DNA of 64,000 nt from an uncultured virus (IMG/VR IMGVR_UViG_3300032134_000001) (Duplodnaviria; Heunggongvirae; Uroviricota; Caudoviricetes): the IMG/VR virus record IMGVR_UViG_3300032134_000001. One strand, 5' to 3'. The translations under genes and the position numbers were made by a program. Below are positions 26,611 through 35,261 of this stretch, one piece after another (position 1 is the first letter of the stretch; each line of letters begins with the position of its first letter). The notes under the pieces were generated by a model, which saw nothing but the letters and a program-made list of their open reading frames with translations, was not told the DNA's origin and made no database searches.

Positions 26611-26616
26611 TCCTCT

Positions 26617-26871
26617 ATGGCCGCCACCCATGCTGACATCACTGGTTGGGTGACCCGCCCCCCTGAGGGCACAAAGTTCGTGGTGGTGGTGTGCGACACC
26701 TTCGACCACGAGGACTACCCGGTTCACTGTGAGACGGCGGAGAAGTGCCGCGCGACGGTGGCCAAGCCGGGCGGGATGCAGCGGGTCATGGAGGTCTACG
26801 ACCTGAGCAAGGACGTGCCTTCCCAGCTTCGTGAACACCGTGCTTGGCATCTGCCAGCCGAGGAGACCTGA
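26617..26871 (+). CDS. hypothetical protein
   Basis: AGGAG RBS; VVCDTFDHEDYPV. Confidence 0.75.
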   Translation: MAATHADITGWVTRPPEGTKFVVVVCDTFDHEDYPVHCETAEKCRATVAKPGGMQRVMEVYDLSKDVPSQLREHRAWHLPAEET

Positions 26872-27074
26872 TGCACCCCGCAGTCACCCACATTCTGCAG
26901 TTCTTCGCCTTCGAGCACTTGCCGGAGCACCTTCAGTCGGCGTCGATGCCTTTCCATGCGCTCGCTCACGACATCGCAGCCAACTCCAGCAACCCAGAGA
27001 CCACCGTGGCACTCAGGAAGCTGCTGGAGGCCAAGGACGCCGCAGTTCGCGCGGTGCTTGCGGAGAAGACGTGA
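26871..27074 (+). CDS. small helical-hairpin phage protein (possibly Acb2/Tad1-like fold)
   Basis: ILQFFAFEHLPEHLQ...ETTVALRKLLEAKDAAVRA; TGATG overlap. Confidence 0.6.
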   Translation: MHPAVTHILQFFAFEHLPEHLQSASMPFHALAHDIAANSSNPETTVALRKLLEAKDAAVRAVLAEKT

Positions 27075-27203
27075 AGTGGCCTTGGAGCAAGAAGGCGAAG
27101 CCCGAGGACCAGCCTCTCTCTGCGAAGGAACGCTGGTGCCTCCTCTGCGACATGCACTGGGCGGACTGCAGCTGCCCGGGTCCGCACGACGAGGAGGAAG
27201 AAG

Positions 27204-27494
27204 ATGACCGCTGAGGAGCGAGAGGCCCTGCGAAGCAAGGCTGAGAAGGCGACGCCAGGGCCCTACTACGGTCCCCGCGTGACCGACCACTGGCCGCCAG
27301 GCTGGGTCGGCATCTACGCCTGCGATGGCGACGGCACACCCATCCCTGGCGACATTGTCGGGGTCACGGGCCGTTACGACGAGGAGCAGCAGCAGGCTGA
27401 CGCTGCCTACTTCGGTGCCCTGGCACCTGAGAGGGTCCTTTGGCTGCTCAATGAGGTCGAAAGACTCACAGGAGAGACCGATGAATCGGAGTGA
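27204..27494 (+). CDS. Ead/Ea22-like phage protein
   Basis: LRSKAEKATPGP...DAAYFGALAPERVLWLLNEVERL. Confidence 0.7.
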   Translation: MTAEEREALRSKAEKATPGPYYGPRVTDHWPPGWVGIYACDGDGTPIPGDIVGVTGRYDEEQQQADAAYFGALAPERVLWLLNEVERLTGETDESE

Positions 27495-27714
27495 GAAGAG
27501 AGCGCTGCGGAAGCAGCTCCGTGTGGCAGCGAAGGGCTTGGCAGCCGAAGGTGTCGAGGTTCTCTTTGAGGGAGAGCAGGCCGTGACGCTGCTGACCGAT
27601 GAAATCGGGGAGCAGGCGCAGCACATGGCTGTTGTGGTCTCCGTCAACCCGCATGTGACGGCAGCCATCGCAGAGCTGCTCGACCAGATGTTCACGCCCG
27701 AAGGAGAGGAGTGA
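27481..27714 (+). CDS. hypothetical protein
   Basis: MNRSEKR after AGGAG. Confidence 0.7.
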   Translation: MNRSEKRALRKQLRVAAKGLAAEGVEVLFEGEQAVTLLTDEIGEQAQHMAVVVSVNPHVTAAIAELLDQMFTPEGEE

Positions 27715-28118
27715 TGTCCTGGTACAAGGCCGAGCAGAAGAAGTACCTTCAGCTGGCCGTGCTCAAGCGCGACCTGGCTGAGGTGCTTCAGTGGCCCTTC
27801 CTGCCGAACCTGTCCTGGTGGCAGGCTTGGCCGGGTGGTTGGGCGCTGCACGGCCGCCCTGCCGGGATGGGGATGCAGGATGCCCAGCGGTCCATCAACT
27901 TCGAGCTACCGGAGAGTGTGCGGGACCCGGCAGAAGCTCTGAGACTGGCGATCGAGAAGGTCGCCGCTCACCCGGAGCGGTTGGGTGAGCGGGTCCGGTG
28001 GTTCTGCCCCTCACATGGCTGGGAGGAGATCGTGCCGCGCGGTGAGATGCACTCCGGGTGCCCGAAGTGTGGCGGCTACTACTGCGAACCCTGGCCCCCG
28101 CCAGCAGGAGAAGAGTGA
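27711..28118 (+). CDS. hypothetical protein with C-terminal zinc ribbon
   Basis: CPSH...CPKC. Confidence 0.7.
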   Translation: MMSWYKAEQKKYLQLAVLKRDLAEVLQWPFLPNLSWWQAWPGGWALHGRPAGMGMQDAQRSINFELPESVRDPAEALRLAIEKVAAHPERLGERVRWFCPSHGWEEIVPRGEMHSGCPKCGGYYCEPWPPPAGEE

Positions 28119-28693
28119 TGCCCTACCGGTCAGATGGCGAGCGCATGAGGGCCTTTGTGAAGACCGATTGGGGCGGTCAAGTGCTCAGGGGAGAGGTCCG
28201 GTACGCCGACAACGCTATCAAGCACCCGGAGAGGCAGTTCTTCGAGATGATGACGCTGGATGCTGGCGGCCCCTACTTCATGCGGGTGTCAGACCCAGAG
28301 ACCCAGACGCTGAGCCTGCTCCTCAAGCCACTGGTGGACGAGGCGGCCTTCAAGGCTGAGCACGGCGCTTTCATGGAGGAGAAGTGGCGGAAAGGCGACC
28401 TCTGGGCTCGCTGCTACGCGGACAAGGGTGCGACTGTCACCCTCTTGGAGGAGGAGAACTCCGGCTGGCGGGCGGTCCTGCCCGAGGAGGAAGACAACCT
28501 CGTTGTTCGTGCTCTGGGGGGCCTGAGCGCGCGAAAGGGGGAGATCTTGGAGCGGCTCATCATGCGAGCCGGCCTTCAGTGGGGGCGCGAGTCGGATTGG
28601 ACTTCGGGTAGGTCGATGCTGTCCGATGGGCAGACCCGGCAGGGTGCTGTGCTTCACCTGTCGGGAGCCTCAGAGATTGACGTTTGGCACTGA
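28118..28693 (+). CDS. hypothetical protein
   Basis: MPYRSD start (TGATG overlap). Confidence 0.7.
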   Translation: MPYRSDGERMRAFVKTDWGGQVLRGEVRYADNAIKHPERQFFEMMTLDAGGPYFMRVSDPETQTLSLLLKPLVDEAAFKAEHGAFMEEKWRKGDLWARCYADKGATVTLLEEENSGWRAVLPEEEDNLVVRALGGLSARKGEILERLIMRAGLQWGRESDWTSGRSMLSDGQTRQGAVLHLSGASEIDVWH

Positions 28694-28705
28694 CGCGGGT
28701 AGGTT
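28677..28705 (+). promoter_or_regulatory. sigma70-type promoter TTGACG-N17-TAGGTT with operator variant TGACG-TT-TGGCA over the -35
   Basis: Exact 17-nt spacer; ATG 6 nt after the -10. Confidence 0.7.
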
Positions 28706-28711
28706 CATGTC

Positions 28712-29164
28712 ATGTCAACCGATCCATCCGAAGTAGATCGTGAGCTGCTGGAGCTGTGTGGCTACGTCCGAGTCCACGACATCCTCGTAGGCGAAGGGCA
28801 GTCCGTGAGCTTCAATCTCATCAACGGGTGGAAGCAGGTGGCGCTCACCTCCTCCGACCTGGGGGGTGAAGGCAGTGCTCTGGGCTCGACAAAGCAGGTC
28901 ACTGTCTGGGCGCTCCCAGGAAGCGCGGGGCTGAAGTCCTGGCGCTACGACATCACGGTCCAGTATGGCGGGGAGGATCTCAACGTGGTCGCCATGCGGT
29001 CGGCGGCCGGAGAGCAGGAAGAGCTGATCACGCGTCGGGGCAAGCTGGTGGCGCTGGACCTGCCGACCCCTCTGGAGATGCTGGCTGCGCAGGCCGACCA
29101 CTTCTCAGACGACGGTGTTCAGGATGAGGGCCCACCGGGTGCCGGAGAGGACGGGGCTGACTGA
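28712..29164 (+). CDS. hypothetical protein with TPLEMLA tag
   Basis: ...DLPTPLEMLAAQAD. Confidence 0.75.
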   Translation: MSTDPSEVDRELLELCGYVRVHDILVGEGQSVSFNLINGWKQVALTSSDLGGEGSALGSTKQVTVWALPGSAGLKSWRYDITVQYGGEDLNVVAMRSAAGEQEELITRRGKLVALDLPTPLEMLAAQADHFSDDGVQDEGPPGAGEDGAD

Positions 29165-29788
29165 GTGGCGCGGGCCTTGAACACCGTCGATGGTGCAGGG
29201 CAGCACAGTGACGTCGCCCGGTGCCATGCGGAAGCGCACACCTTCTTCGGTGCGAGTCTCGGCGCCGGTCCACTCTCCGAAGGTGCCGATCACCGTGTGC
29301 CCGAGGTTGTTCTTCGGGTCGCGATGGGAGTAGACCTCTTGCCCTCGCGTGTAGCGCTGGAGGAAGACGGTGTTGAACTGCTGGCCGGGCACCTGAGCTT
29401 CGAGCTGGAGCACCAGGTCGGCCAGCTCGACGGCGAAGGGCACGGGATCGGGTGTGTTGCCTCCCCACATGCGGAAGGAGAAGTTGCCCAGCCACTTCGG
29501 ACAAGGCCGCAGCGGCAGTCCGCGGGCGGCTTCGAGGTAGCGCTCTTCGGGGAAGAAGCAGCCCTCGCGGTGTCCCACGACGACATCCTCGGCATCGTCT
29601 TCGATGTCGCGGCACTCTCGGGCCAGCTCGTCCATGGGGCTGATGATGCACTGGTAGCCCTCGGGGGGCTCGAAGCCGTGCATGTAGACAGCATGGCTCT
29701 CGAACCAGGTCCCGAACTCGGGCCAGCCAAGGCGCGCGTAGGTCTTGCAGGAGCGGCAGCCGTAGTAGGGCTTCGGCGGTTGCAGCAT
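29105..29788 (-). CDS. AlkB-like 2OG-Fe(II) dioxygenase with N-terminal zinc-finger-like region
   Basis: FNTVFLQRY, HRD, distal H (RHSV) and R-W-A-L; start at MLQPPK. Confidence 0.75.
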   Translation of the reverse strand: MLQPPKPYYGCRSCKTYARLGWPEFGTWFESHAVYMHGFEPPEGYQCIISPMDELARECRDIEDDAEDVVVGHREGCFFPEERYLEAARGLPLRPCPKWLGNFSFRMWGGNTPDPVPFAVELADLVLQLEAQVPGQQFNTVFLQRYTRGQEVYSHRDPKNNLGHTVIGTFGEWTGAETRTEEGVRFRMAPGDVTVLPCTIDGVQGPRHSVSPVLSGTRWALILNTVV

Positions 29789-29790
29789 GG

Positions 29791-30966
29791 TCAGGGAGTC
29801 GCGTGGAGGGTGTAGACGATGCCCAGGGTGGTCTTCTGGCGCGTGACGCGGCCCTCCTCCATCAGGGCATCGAGCATCTCTACGATGGGGCGCTTGCGCA
29901 TCTTCATCACGCTCAAGATCTCCCCCAGCGTGGCCACCCCCTTGAACTGGAGGATGGCGAGCATCACGGACCGGCGGAGCCGCGCGTCCGGGTGCTCTGC
30001 GATCACATCCGAGAGGTGGATGAGGCTCTTGATGTGCAGCTCGGCCAAGGCGATGGCGGGCTCCAGCACGTCCAGGTCCATCTGCCAGGGCTGGCCGTGA
30101 GCAGCAGGACCGAAGTCCCAGCCGTAGACCAGGGCGATCTTGCGGGCCATGGAGGGGGCACGGGACCGGATGCCGATGATGTTGTCGGGCAGGTGGCGAT
30201 TGGTGACATCGCCGTACCAGTCGTACCAGAGGGAGGTCGCGGCAGGAGTCAGCCCGGAGCACCAGCCTGCTGCCGAAGTTGTCGCCCGCTTTCGCAGCTC
30301 GTCGCAGAGCCACTGGGTGTGGGTGTTGTCGCCTGTGGGGTCTGGGTCGTCCCGCTCTCGCTTGCCGTAGAGCACCATCCACCGACCCATGAAGCCACCG
30401 GTCCAGTCCTCAGCCAGGGTGTGCTTCTCCAGGTAGGGAATCGAGCAGGCGGCGCCGATGGACAGCCGCGGGTTGTCGACTCGGACGGTCTTGTTGTTGG
30501 CCTTGGTCCGCTGCGTCGCGAGGGAGTCCCACAGCTCAGCCAGCAGGGTCTTGGTGGGCTCGAAGTAGCCACGCTGGGCCGCCGACAAGAACTTGCCAAA
30601 CTCGGAGATGGGGATGAACTGGCTCGGGCGCCGGGCGAGGCTGTCGATGAGCCCCTCAGGCGAGCCGGGAAAGTCACCGATCAGCGGTGCGGCAGCTTCG
30701 TCGAGAATCTTCTTCCCGACCGAGAGAGCCGTGGACTTCTGGTCCTCGCCAGACCTCCCTACCAGCAGGCAGAAGTTGTTGGCCCTGAGCGGTCCAGCGT
30801 ACTGCATCCCGTAGGCCAAAGGGCACGTCGTACCCAGGATTGTCACCCCAACTCCGAGGTGATAAATCAGCGGCGCTGTGGTCTGGTTCATGGCGTGCAG
30901 AACGAAGGTTCTGATCCAACCAGACTTGGGCACAGCACTCGCAGCTTCTGCTTCTGTAACCGGCAC
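29791..30966 (-). CDS. DUF3987 (YfjI-like) P-loop protein, probably replication-associated
   Basis: LLVGRSGEDQKST, SPEGLIDSL, ISEFGKFL, LAELWD and GGFMGRW; C-terminal winged helix. Confidence 0.75.
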   Translation of the reverse strand: MPVTEAEAASAVPKSGWIRTFVLHAMNQTTAPLIYHLGVGVTILGTTCPLAYGMQYAGPLRANNFCLLVGRSGEDQKSTALSVGKKILDEAAAPLIGDFPGSPEGLIDSLARRPSQFIPISEFGKFLSAAQRGYFEPTKTLLAELWDSLATQRTKANNKTVRVDNPRLSIGAACSIPYLEKHTLAEDWTGGFMGRWMVLYGKRERDDPDPTGDNTHTQWLCDELRKRATTSAAGWCSGLTPAATSLWYDWYGDVTNRHLPDNIIGIRSRAPSMARKIALVYGWDFGPAAHGQPWQMDLDVLEPAIALAELHIKSLIHLSDVIAEHPDARLRRSVMLAILQFKGVATLGEILSVMKMRKRPIVEMLDALMEEGRVTRQKTTLGIVYTLHATP

Positions 30967-31006
30967 TCGTACACCCTCATCCTCGCCCCTGGAGTAGCGT
31001 CTGGAG

Positions 31007-31018
31007 TGCCAGTTGGCA
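31007..31018. promoter_or_regulatory. operator with perfect arms, TGCCA-GT-TGGCA
   Basis: In the divergent gap 30967-31084; overlaps a TTGCCA -35-like hexamer on the minus strand. Confidence 0.7.
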
Positions 31019-31084
31019 AGCGTCTGAGGAGGCGTAGCACCCCACTTCCCGGCCCTGGGTCAGGCCCGGGCTAAGATGCCCTCG

Positions 31085-31312
31085 ATGCCCAAGTTCAAGC
31101 CAAGCAAGGCGAGCCTCACTCCTCGGAAGAAGGCGCTTCTTTCCCTGGGCTACGCGAAGGCAGCGATCACCAAGCTCGAAGCCTTCCTCGCGGGGACGGA
31201 AGAAGGCGCGGTTCCAGCTTGGGTGCTGACGAAGATCAACCAGGGCGCTTCCTCTCTCGGGCAGGCCGTGAGCTTCGTGACCTTCAAAGCGAGCAAGAAG
31301 GAAGAGTCATGA
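31085..31312 (+). CDS. small basic protein
   Basis: MPKFKPSK, 7 nt after TAAGAT; VPAWVLTKI. Confidence 0.65.
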   Translation: MPKFKPSKASLTPRKKALLSLGYAKAAITKLEAFLAGTEEGAVPAWVLTKINQGASSLGQAVSFVTFKASKKEES

Positions 31313-31698
31313 CGAAGGCGGAAAGAACTGCTCTCATCTACGGGCTGTCGGTGGCCGGTGCGGCCGTGGTCTCGTACTCGCGCGGGCGCCGCGGCATGGC
31401 CGAGCTTGGCATGGATGCTGCAGTTCACGGCGGCATCGTCGGAACGGGCATCAACGTGGTCGTCTACCTCCAGGAAGACGCGAGCGAGAAGTCTGAGGTC
31501 GGCGCAGCCAAGGCGATCCTCGCCCGCCAGAATCAGGGGCAGAAGGACTGCTCTCCCCTCGGAAAGCTCACAGGTCAGGGGCTCAGCCTGTTGTCGGCCA
31601 TCAACCCTGAAGTGCTCTACAAGACCGCGAAGATGGTCGGTGTGTCCATCGGGCCGGAGGGGGACGACCCGCACAAGGTCGTGCTCCCGGCAGACTGA
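31309..31698 (+). CDS. membrane protein
   Basis: MTKAERT (ATGA overlap); two hydrophobic Gly-rich segments. Confidence 0.7.
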   Translation: MTKAERTALIYGLSVAGAAVVSYSRGRRGMAELGMDAAVHGGIVGTGINVVVYLQEDASEKSEVGAAKAILARQNQGQKDCSPLGKLTGQGLSLLSAINPEVLYKTAKMVGVSIGPEGDDPHKVVLPAD

Positions 31699-31701
31699 GC
31701 C

Positions 31702-33759
31702 ATGGAGTGGACGCCCCAGCTTGGCGGGACCTTCTGGCAGGCATCCCCTTCCGGTCAGGGCGGGGGCCGCTACTGGGTTCGCGAGGTGCTGCTGGGCACT
31801 GACATCAACGGGTGTCCGATGCAGGACTCTGTGACCTGCTATGAGGTCGGCTTCTCCCCGCGACGTGGCGGGCACGAGCGGTTCGAGATGCACTACCGGC
31901 ACCCCGAAGACGCGATGGATGCGGCCGAGCAGGACTGGGCCTTGCGGCAGTTCGGGCCCGCGGCGGAGAAGAACCCCACCAACGCGACCGGAGTGCCCCT
32001 CTTCCAGTTCTCTCACCGGCACAAGCTCTCGGAGGGCTACCCGGAGGACAAGCAAGAGCTGGTGGGTCTCCTACAGGCCCCCTGGGTGCCTCTTGGCGAC
32101 ACACTGTCAGCTTGGATGTCCTGGGGCTGGCGACTCGGAGAGCCTCACAAGGACCCCAGCTACCTGGCTCAGCTTCGCGCAGATGAGCACTACCACCTCT
32201 GGCACTACGCCGGGTATGCAGCTCGCATCACGGGAGGCCCTGAGTTCCTCGGGCGTTTTGCCGGTCCTGCCCAGGCCAACGAGGCTGCGAAGTGGGACCA
32301 GAAGGTCCGTGCTGGTCTGGGCTTGTTCGGGCCCAAGAAGACCCGACGGAACCCCATTCCTGGTGTGGAGCGGCACTACCGGAACTACCTGCGCGAGGGG
32401 AAGCTCGACTGGGCCTCGAACGAGGTGCTCGTCTGGCGACCCCGCTCCCCCCAGGCTGCGCACCCGGCCTACTCCATCGAGTCTCAGACGCGGGGAAGCC
32501 ACGGGCCGTGGCGTGTCCTCTACTCCCACACCGTGGCTTGCTGGCACTCGGGGGACAAAGACGAGCTGCCAGGAAGTCCCTTCCGCAGCCTGCGTGATGC
32601 CATCTTGGCCGCGAAGAAGGACTGGGCGCTGGCTCAGTTCGGGCCGGCACAGCAGTCCGCACCCGCTAAGGAGAATCCCATGAGAAAGCCCCGTAAGAGC
32701 CGGAAGAACCCCGGCCGCAGCACCTACCTCCGGCAGCGCCACCCGAACCTGACCGCGGAGGACAATCCTCACACCTCGGAGTGGCTGATCGTCACGCCGC
32801 ACAGCAACATGTCGAAGGTGCGGCGCGTAGCGAAGGTGCTCATCGACTGGGGCTACGCGACGGAGGTCTCGATTCGTCGGACGATGGAAGGCTCCAAGCA
32901 GGCGCTGGGCGTGACGCTCAAGAACGTGCCTGTGATCCGGGTTCCCATCGCACCGCGGAAGGCCGGGGCAGCCTACGCTGCCGGTCCGCCATGGCGCTAC
33001 GCCGCGAACATCCCGACCATCGAGAGCTACCTGGGTCAGTTCGGCAAGGTGGTGGGCTACGCCACGCACGCGCGGGAGAATCCACAGAAAGACAAGCGGA
33101 TGTCGGCGTTGCCCCGGAAGTACCAAGGGGACGACGTCTACGACCCCAGAGAGGAGGCTGTCCGGGCCGTCGCTCGTGGGACAGGCGGGAAGTGGGGCGT
33201 CGCTGTCGGGACCTACTTGGCGCAGCACAGCGTCGGGGAAGTCATTCAGCGGAGCTGGGAGCGGTACCAGGACCCCGATGCGGTGCTCCGCAAGCGCCAG
33301 GCCTACGAGGTGATGCTCAGCGAACAGCGGCAGTCGAGTCCCTACCGGGTCACAGCCGAGCCCACGGCAGCGGGGCTTCGCTACTTCGTCTGGCCCATGC
33401 GCAAGGGGCAGCGGGTGCCCAAGGCGTACACGACGATGCGCGCGGCCGAGCGCCGGCTGGCCGAGACCTACTACGATGACCGGCCGGTAGCCGGCCTGCC
33501 TCGCAGGGCCTACACCAAGGCAGAGCTGTCTGACTGGCTCCCGCCCGAGAGCATCTTCAAGGGCCGGTCGGGCCACCCCACGCGGGCCAAGATCACAGCT
33601 GACCGGAAGGCAACCCGGACTGCGACGACGACTACGCGCTGCTTCCCGGCGAACAGCCCCGAGCTGGTGAGGGCCTACCGCCGCCACGACCCAGACTGGT
33701 GCCACGACCCTGAGCTGCTGCGTCGCTACCGGGCCGGGAAGATGCCTCCCAAGAGGTAG
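31702..33759 (+). CDS. large basic modular protein punctuated by xxNP motifs (probable virion protein)
   Basis: EKNP, RRNP, KENP, RKNP, EDNP and RENP; three modules ending AA..D....FGP..NP. Confidence 0.75.
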   Translation: MEWTPQLGGTFWQASPSGQGGGRYWVREVLLGTDINGCPMQDSVTCYEVGFSPRRGGHERFEMHYRHPEDAMDAAEQDWALRQFGPAAEKNPTNATGVPLFQFSHRHKLSEGYPEDKQELVGLLQAPWVPLGDTLSAWMSWGWRLGEPHKDPSYLAQLRADEHYHLWHYAGYAARITGGPEFLGRFAGPAQANEAAKWDQKVRAGLGLFGPKKTRRNPIPGVERHYRNYLREGKLDWASNEVLVWRPRSPQAAHPAYSIESQTRGSHGPWRVLYSHTVACWHSGDKDELPGSPFRSLRDAILAAKKDWALAQFGPAQQSAPAKENPMRKPRKSRKNPGRSTYLRQRHPNLTAEDNPHTSEWLIVTPHSNMSKVRRVAKVLIDWGYATEVSIRRTMEGSKQALGVTLKNVPVIRVPIAPRKAGAAYAAGPPWRYAANIPTIESYLGQFGKVVGYATHARENPQKDKRMSALPRKYQGDDVYDPREEAVRAVARGTGGKWGVAVGTYLAQHSVGEVIQRSWERYQDPDAVLRKRQAYEVMLSEQRQSSPYRVTAEPTAAGLRYFVWPMRKGQRVPKAYTTMRAAERRLAETYYDDRPVAGLPRRAYTKAELSDWLPPESIFKGRSGHPTRAKITADRKATRTATTTTRCFPANSPELVRAYRRHDPDWCHDPELLRRYRAGKMPPKR

Positions 33760-33835
33760 CACTCCGAGTTCCTTCGCCAGTGAGTGCCAGCAGGCACCCC
33801 GAGCTAAGGTCAGCACAGACCTGCGGAGAACTCAC

Positions 33836-34954
33836 ATGGCTCGACGCCGAAAGACCCAGCGGAATCCGCGCCGAGGAGGCGTCGGGAGAGGCTCGTTCAC
33901 TTCGGACGGCTTCCAGCGGACTGCGGCCCTCTCGCAGGTGGGCCAGGCTCCATCTACGACCCGGAACATCTACACGTCGAGACCGACGCTTCAGGCGGTT
34001 CGGGTCTATCCAAGCGGTGAGCCGTTCCAGTCGGTCACCAAGCAGTTGGAGCCAGTCTACGTCCCTGCGGTCACGCAGACAGAGGGGCCCCGGATCGCCC
34101 CTCCGAGTCCCAGTGTGGCCCAGACTCCACCCGGCTACCTCCGTCGTGGCACGGGCTACAGCCGCATCTCTCTCGCCTCACAGCCTGGCGCGGCCACGGC
34201 CGAAGCCACGTTGATGAAGCAGCTCATCGACCCTCAGCTCTGGCGGCTGGCGGACGGTGGTGACCGCTGGGCCATGCACGAGCTTCAGCGCCGTGGGCCA
34301 GCACACTACCGTCCTGCCCGCCCAAACCCGAGGGCCCGCCGCAACCCCAGTCAGCGCGTCGAGCGCTTCTACAACAAGGCTGTCCGAGCCACGCAGAACC
34401 CCTCGGCGGAGGGGCGTGCGAAGTACTGCAAGTACGTCGGCACTATCGCCAAGATTCATGTCGAGACGGGGGGCCGGGCCCCGCTTCATGCCATGGACCC
34501 CCGCGTGGCAGAAGACGTGCTGAGGATGGTCGAGAAGATGGGCGGCGTGCAGGCGGTCGACAATCCCCGCGTCGCTGCCTTCGTCTCCGATGGCTACGGC
34601 CTGCGGGCGCGGGATCTGACCCGGGACAAGGCTCGACTCCCGTCACGTGGTTCCGGCTCGCGCGGGGGATACACGCCTGATGAGCGCAAGGCCCTGCCTG
34701 CAGTGATGTTCCTGAAGCCGTCGACCCGCTCCTGGCCGGTCGCGGACGAGGCTCACTTCGTCATCGCTCTCCAGTACATGACTCGGGGCTTCGGCAGCCC
34801 GGGCGAGTACCCGAAGCTCCTGCGGCGCCTGGCCAAGCTCTGGCCCGTGGCACAGCACCGGAGCCTCTGGGCAGAGTTCACCCGTCTGCGGCCCAAGATC
34901 GTGGCCAAGGCACCTCGGTCCATCCCGACCCTCGCCCAGCTGCGGAGAGTCTGA
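33836..34954 (+). CDS. Arg-rich xxNP protein with DUF6582-like C-terminal domain
   Basis: QRNP, RPNP, RRNP, TQNP and VDNP; TPDERKALPAVMFLKPSTRSWPVADEAH. Confidence 0.7.
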   Translation: MARRRKTQRNPRRGGVGRGSFTSDGFQRTAALSQVGQAPSTTRNIYTSRPTLQAVRVYPSGEPFQSVTKQLEPVYVPAVTQTEGPRIAPPSPSVAQTPPGYLRRGTGYSRISLASQPGAATAEATLMKQLIDPQLWRLADGGDRWAMHELQRRGPAHYRPARPNPRARRNPSQRVERFYNKAVRATQNPSAEGRAKYCKYVGTIAKIHVETGGRAPLHAMDPRVAEDVLRMVEKMGGVQAVDNPRVAAFVSDGYGLRARDLTRDKARLPSRGSGSRGGYTPDERKALPAVMFLKPSTRSWPVADEAHFVIALQYMTRGFGSPGEYPKLLRRLAKLWPVAQHRSLWAEFTRLRPKIVAKAPRSIPTLAQLRRV

Positions 34955-34955
34955 G

Positions 34956-35261
34956 ATGCCTCGCCGTGTCGCCTACTTGACCTTCGAGCCCTCGACGTAC
35001 AGCACGGGGCTGGCCTTTCCTGGCCAGGGCCTCCCGCCGCAGGAGGTCTACGGCTCGGCTGAAGGCGAGGAGTACGGCTTCATCGTCACGGGGCCGCTTC
35101 TGCTGGCCTCCTACCTGCTCGCAGACGAGGAGGAGAGGAAGGCGAAGACGGCGTTGATCAAGAAGTACTGGTGGGTGGCCTTCCTGGTCGCGCCCTTGGC
35201 CTACGTCGGCATCAACAAGGGCCTGGACCTCGTGGCGGCGCAGAAGGGGAAGACAGCATGA
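34956..35261 (+). CDS. small membrane protein with FEPSTYS...EYG leader
   Basis: Hydrophobic segments follow EEYG. Confidence 0.7.
   Translation: MPRRVAYLTFEPSTYSTGLAFPGQGLPPQEVYGSAEGEEYGFIVTGPLLLASYLLADEEERKAKTALIKKYWWVAFLVAPLAYVGINKGLDLVAAQKGKTA

Noticed and set aside
1007..29164. The PLExLA tag as a dispersed DNA repeat or mobile element
   Set aside because: Synonymous positions vary freely, it is always in frame, and there are no shared flanks.
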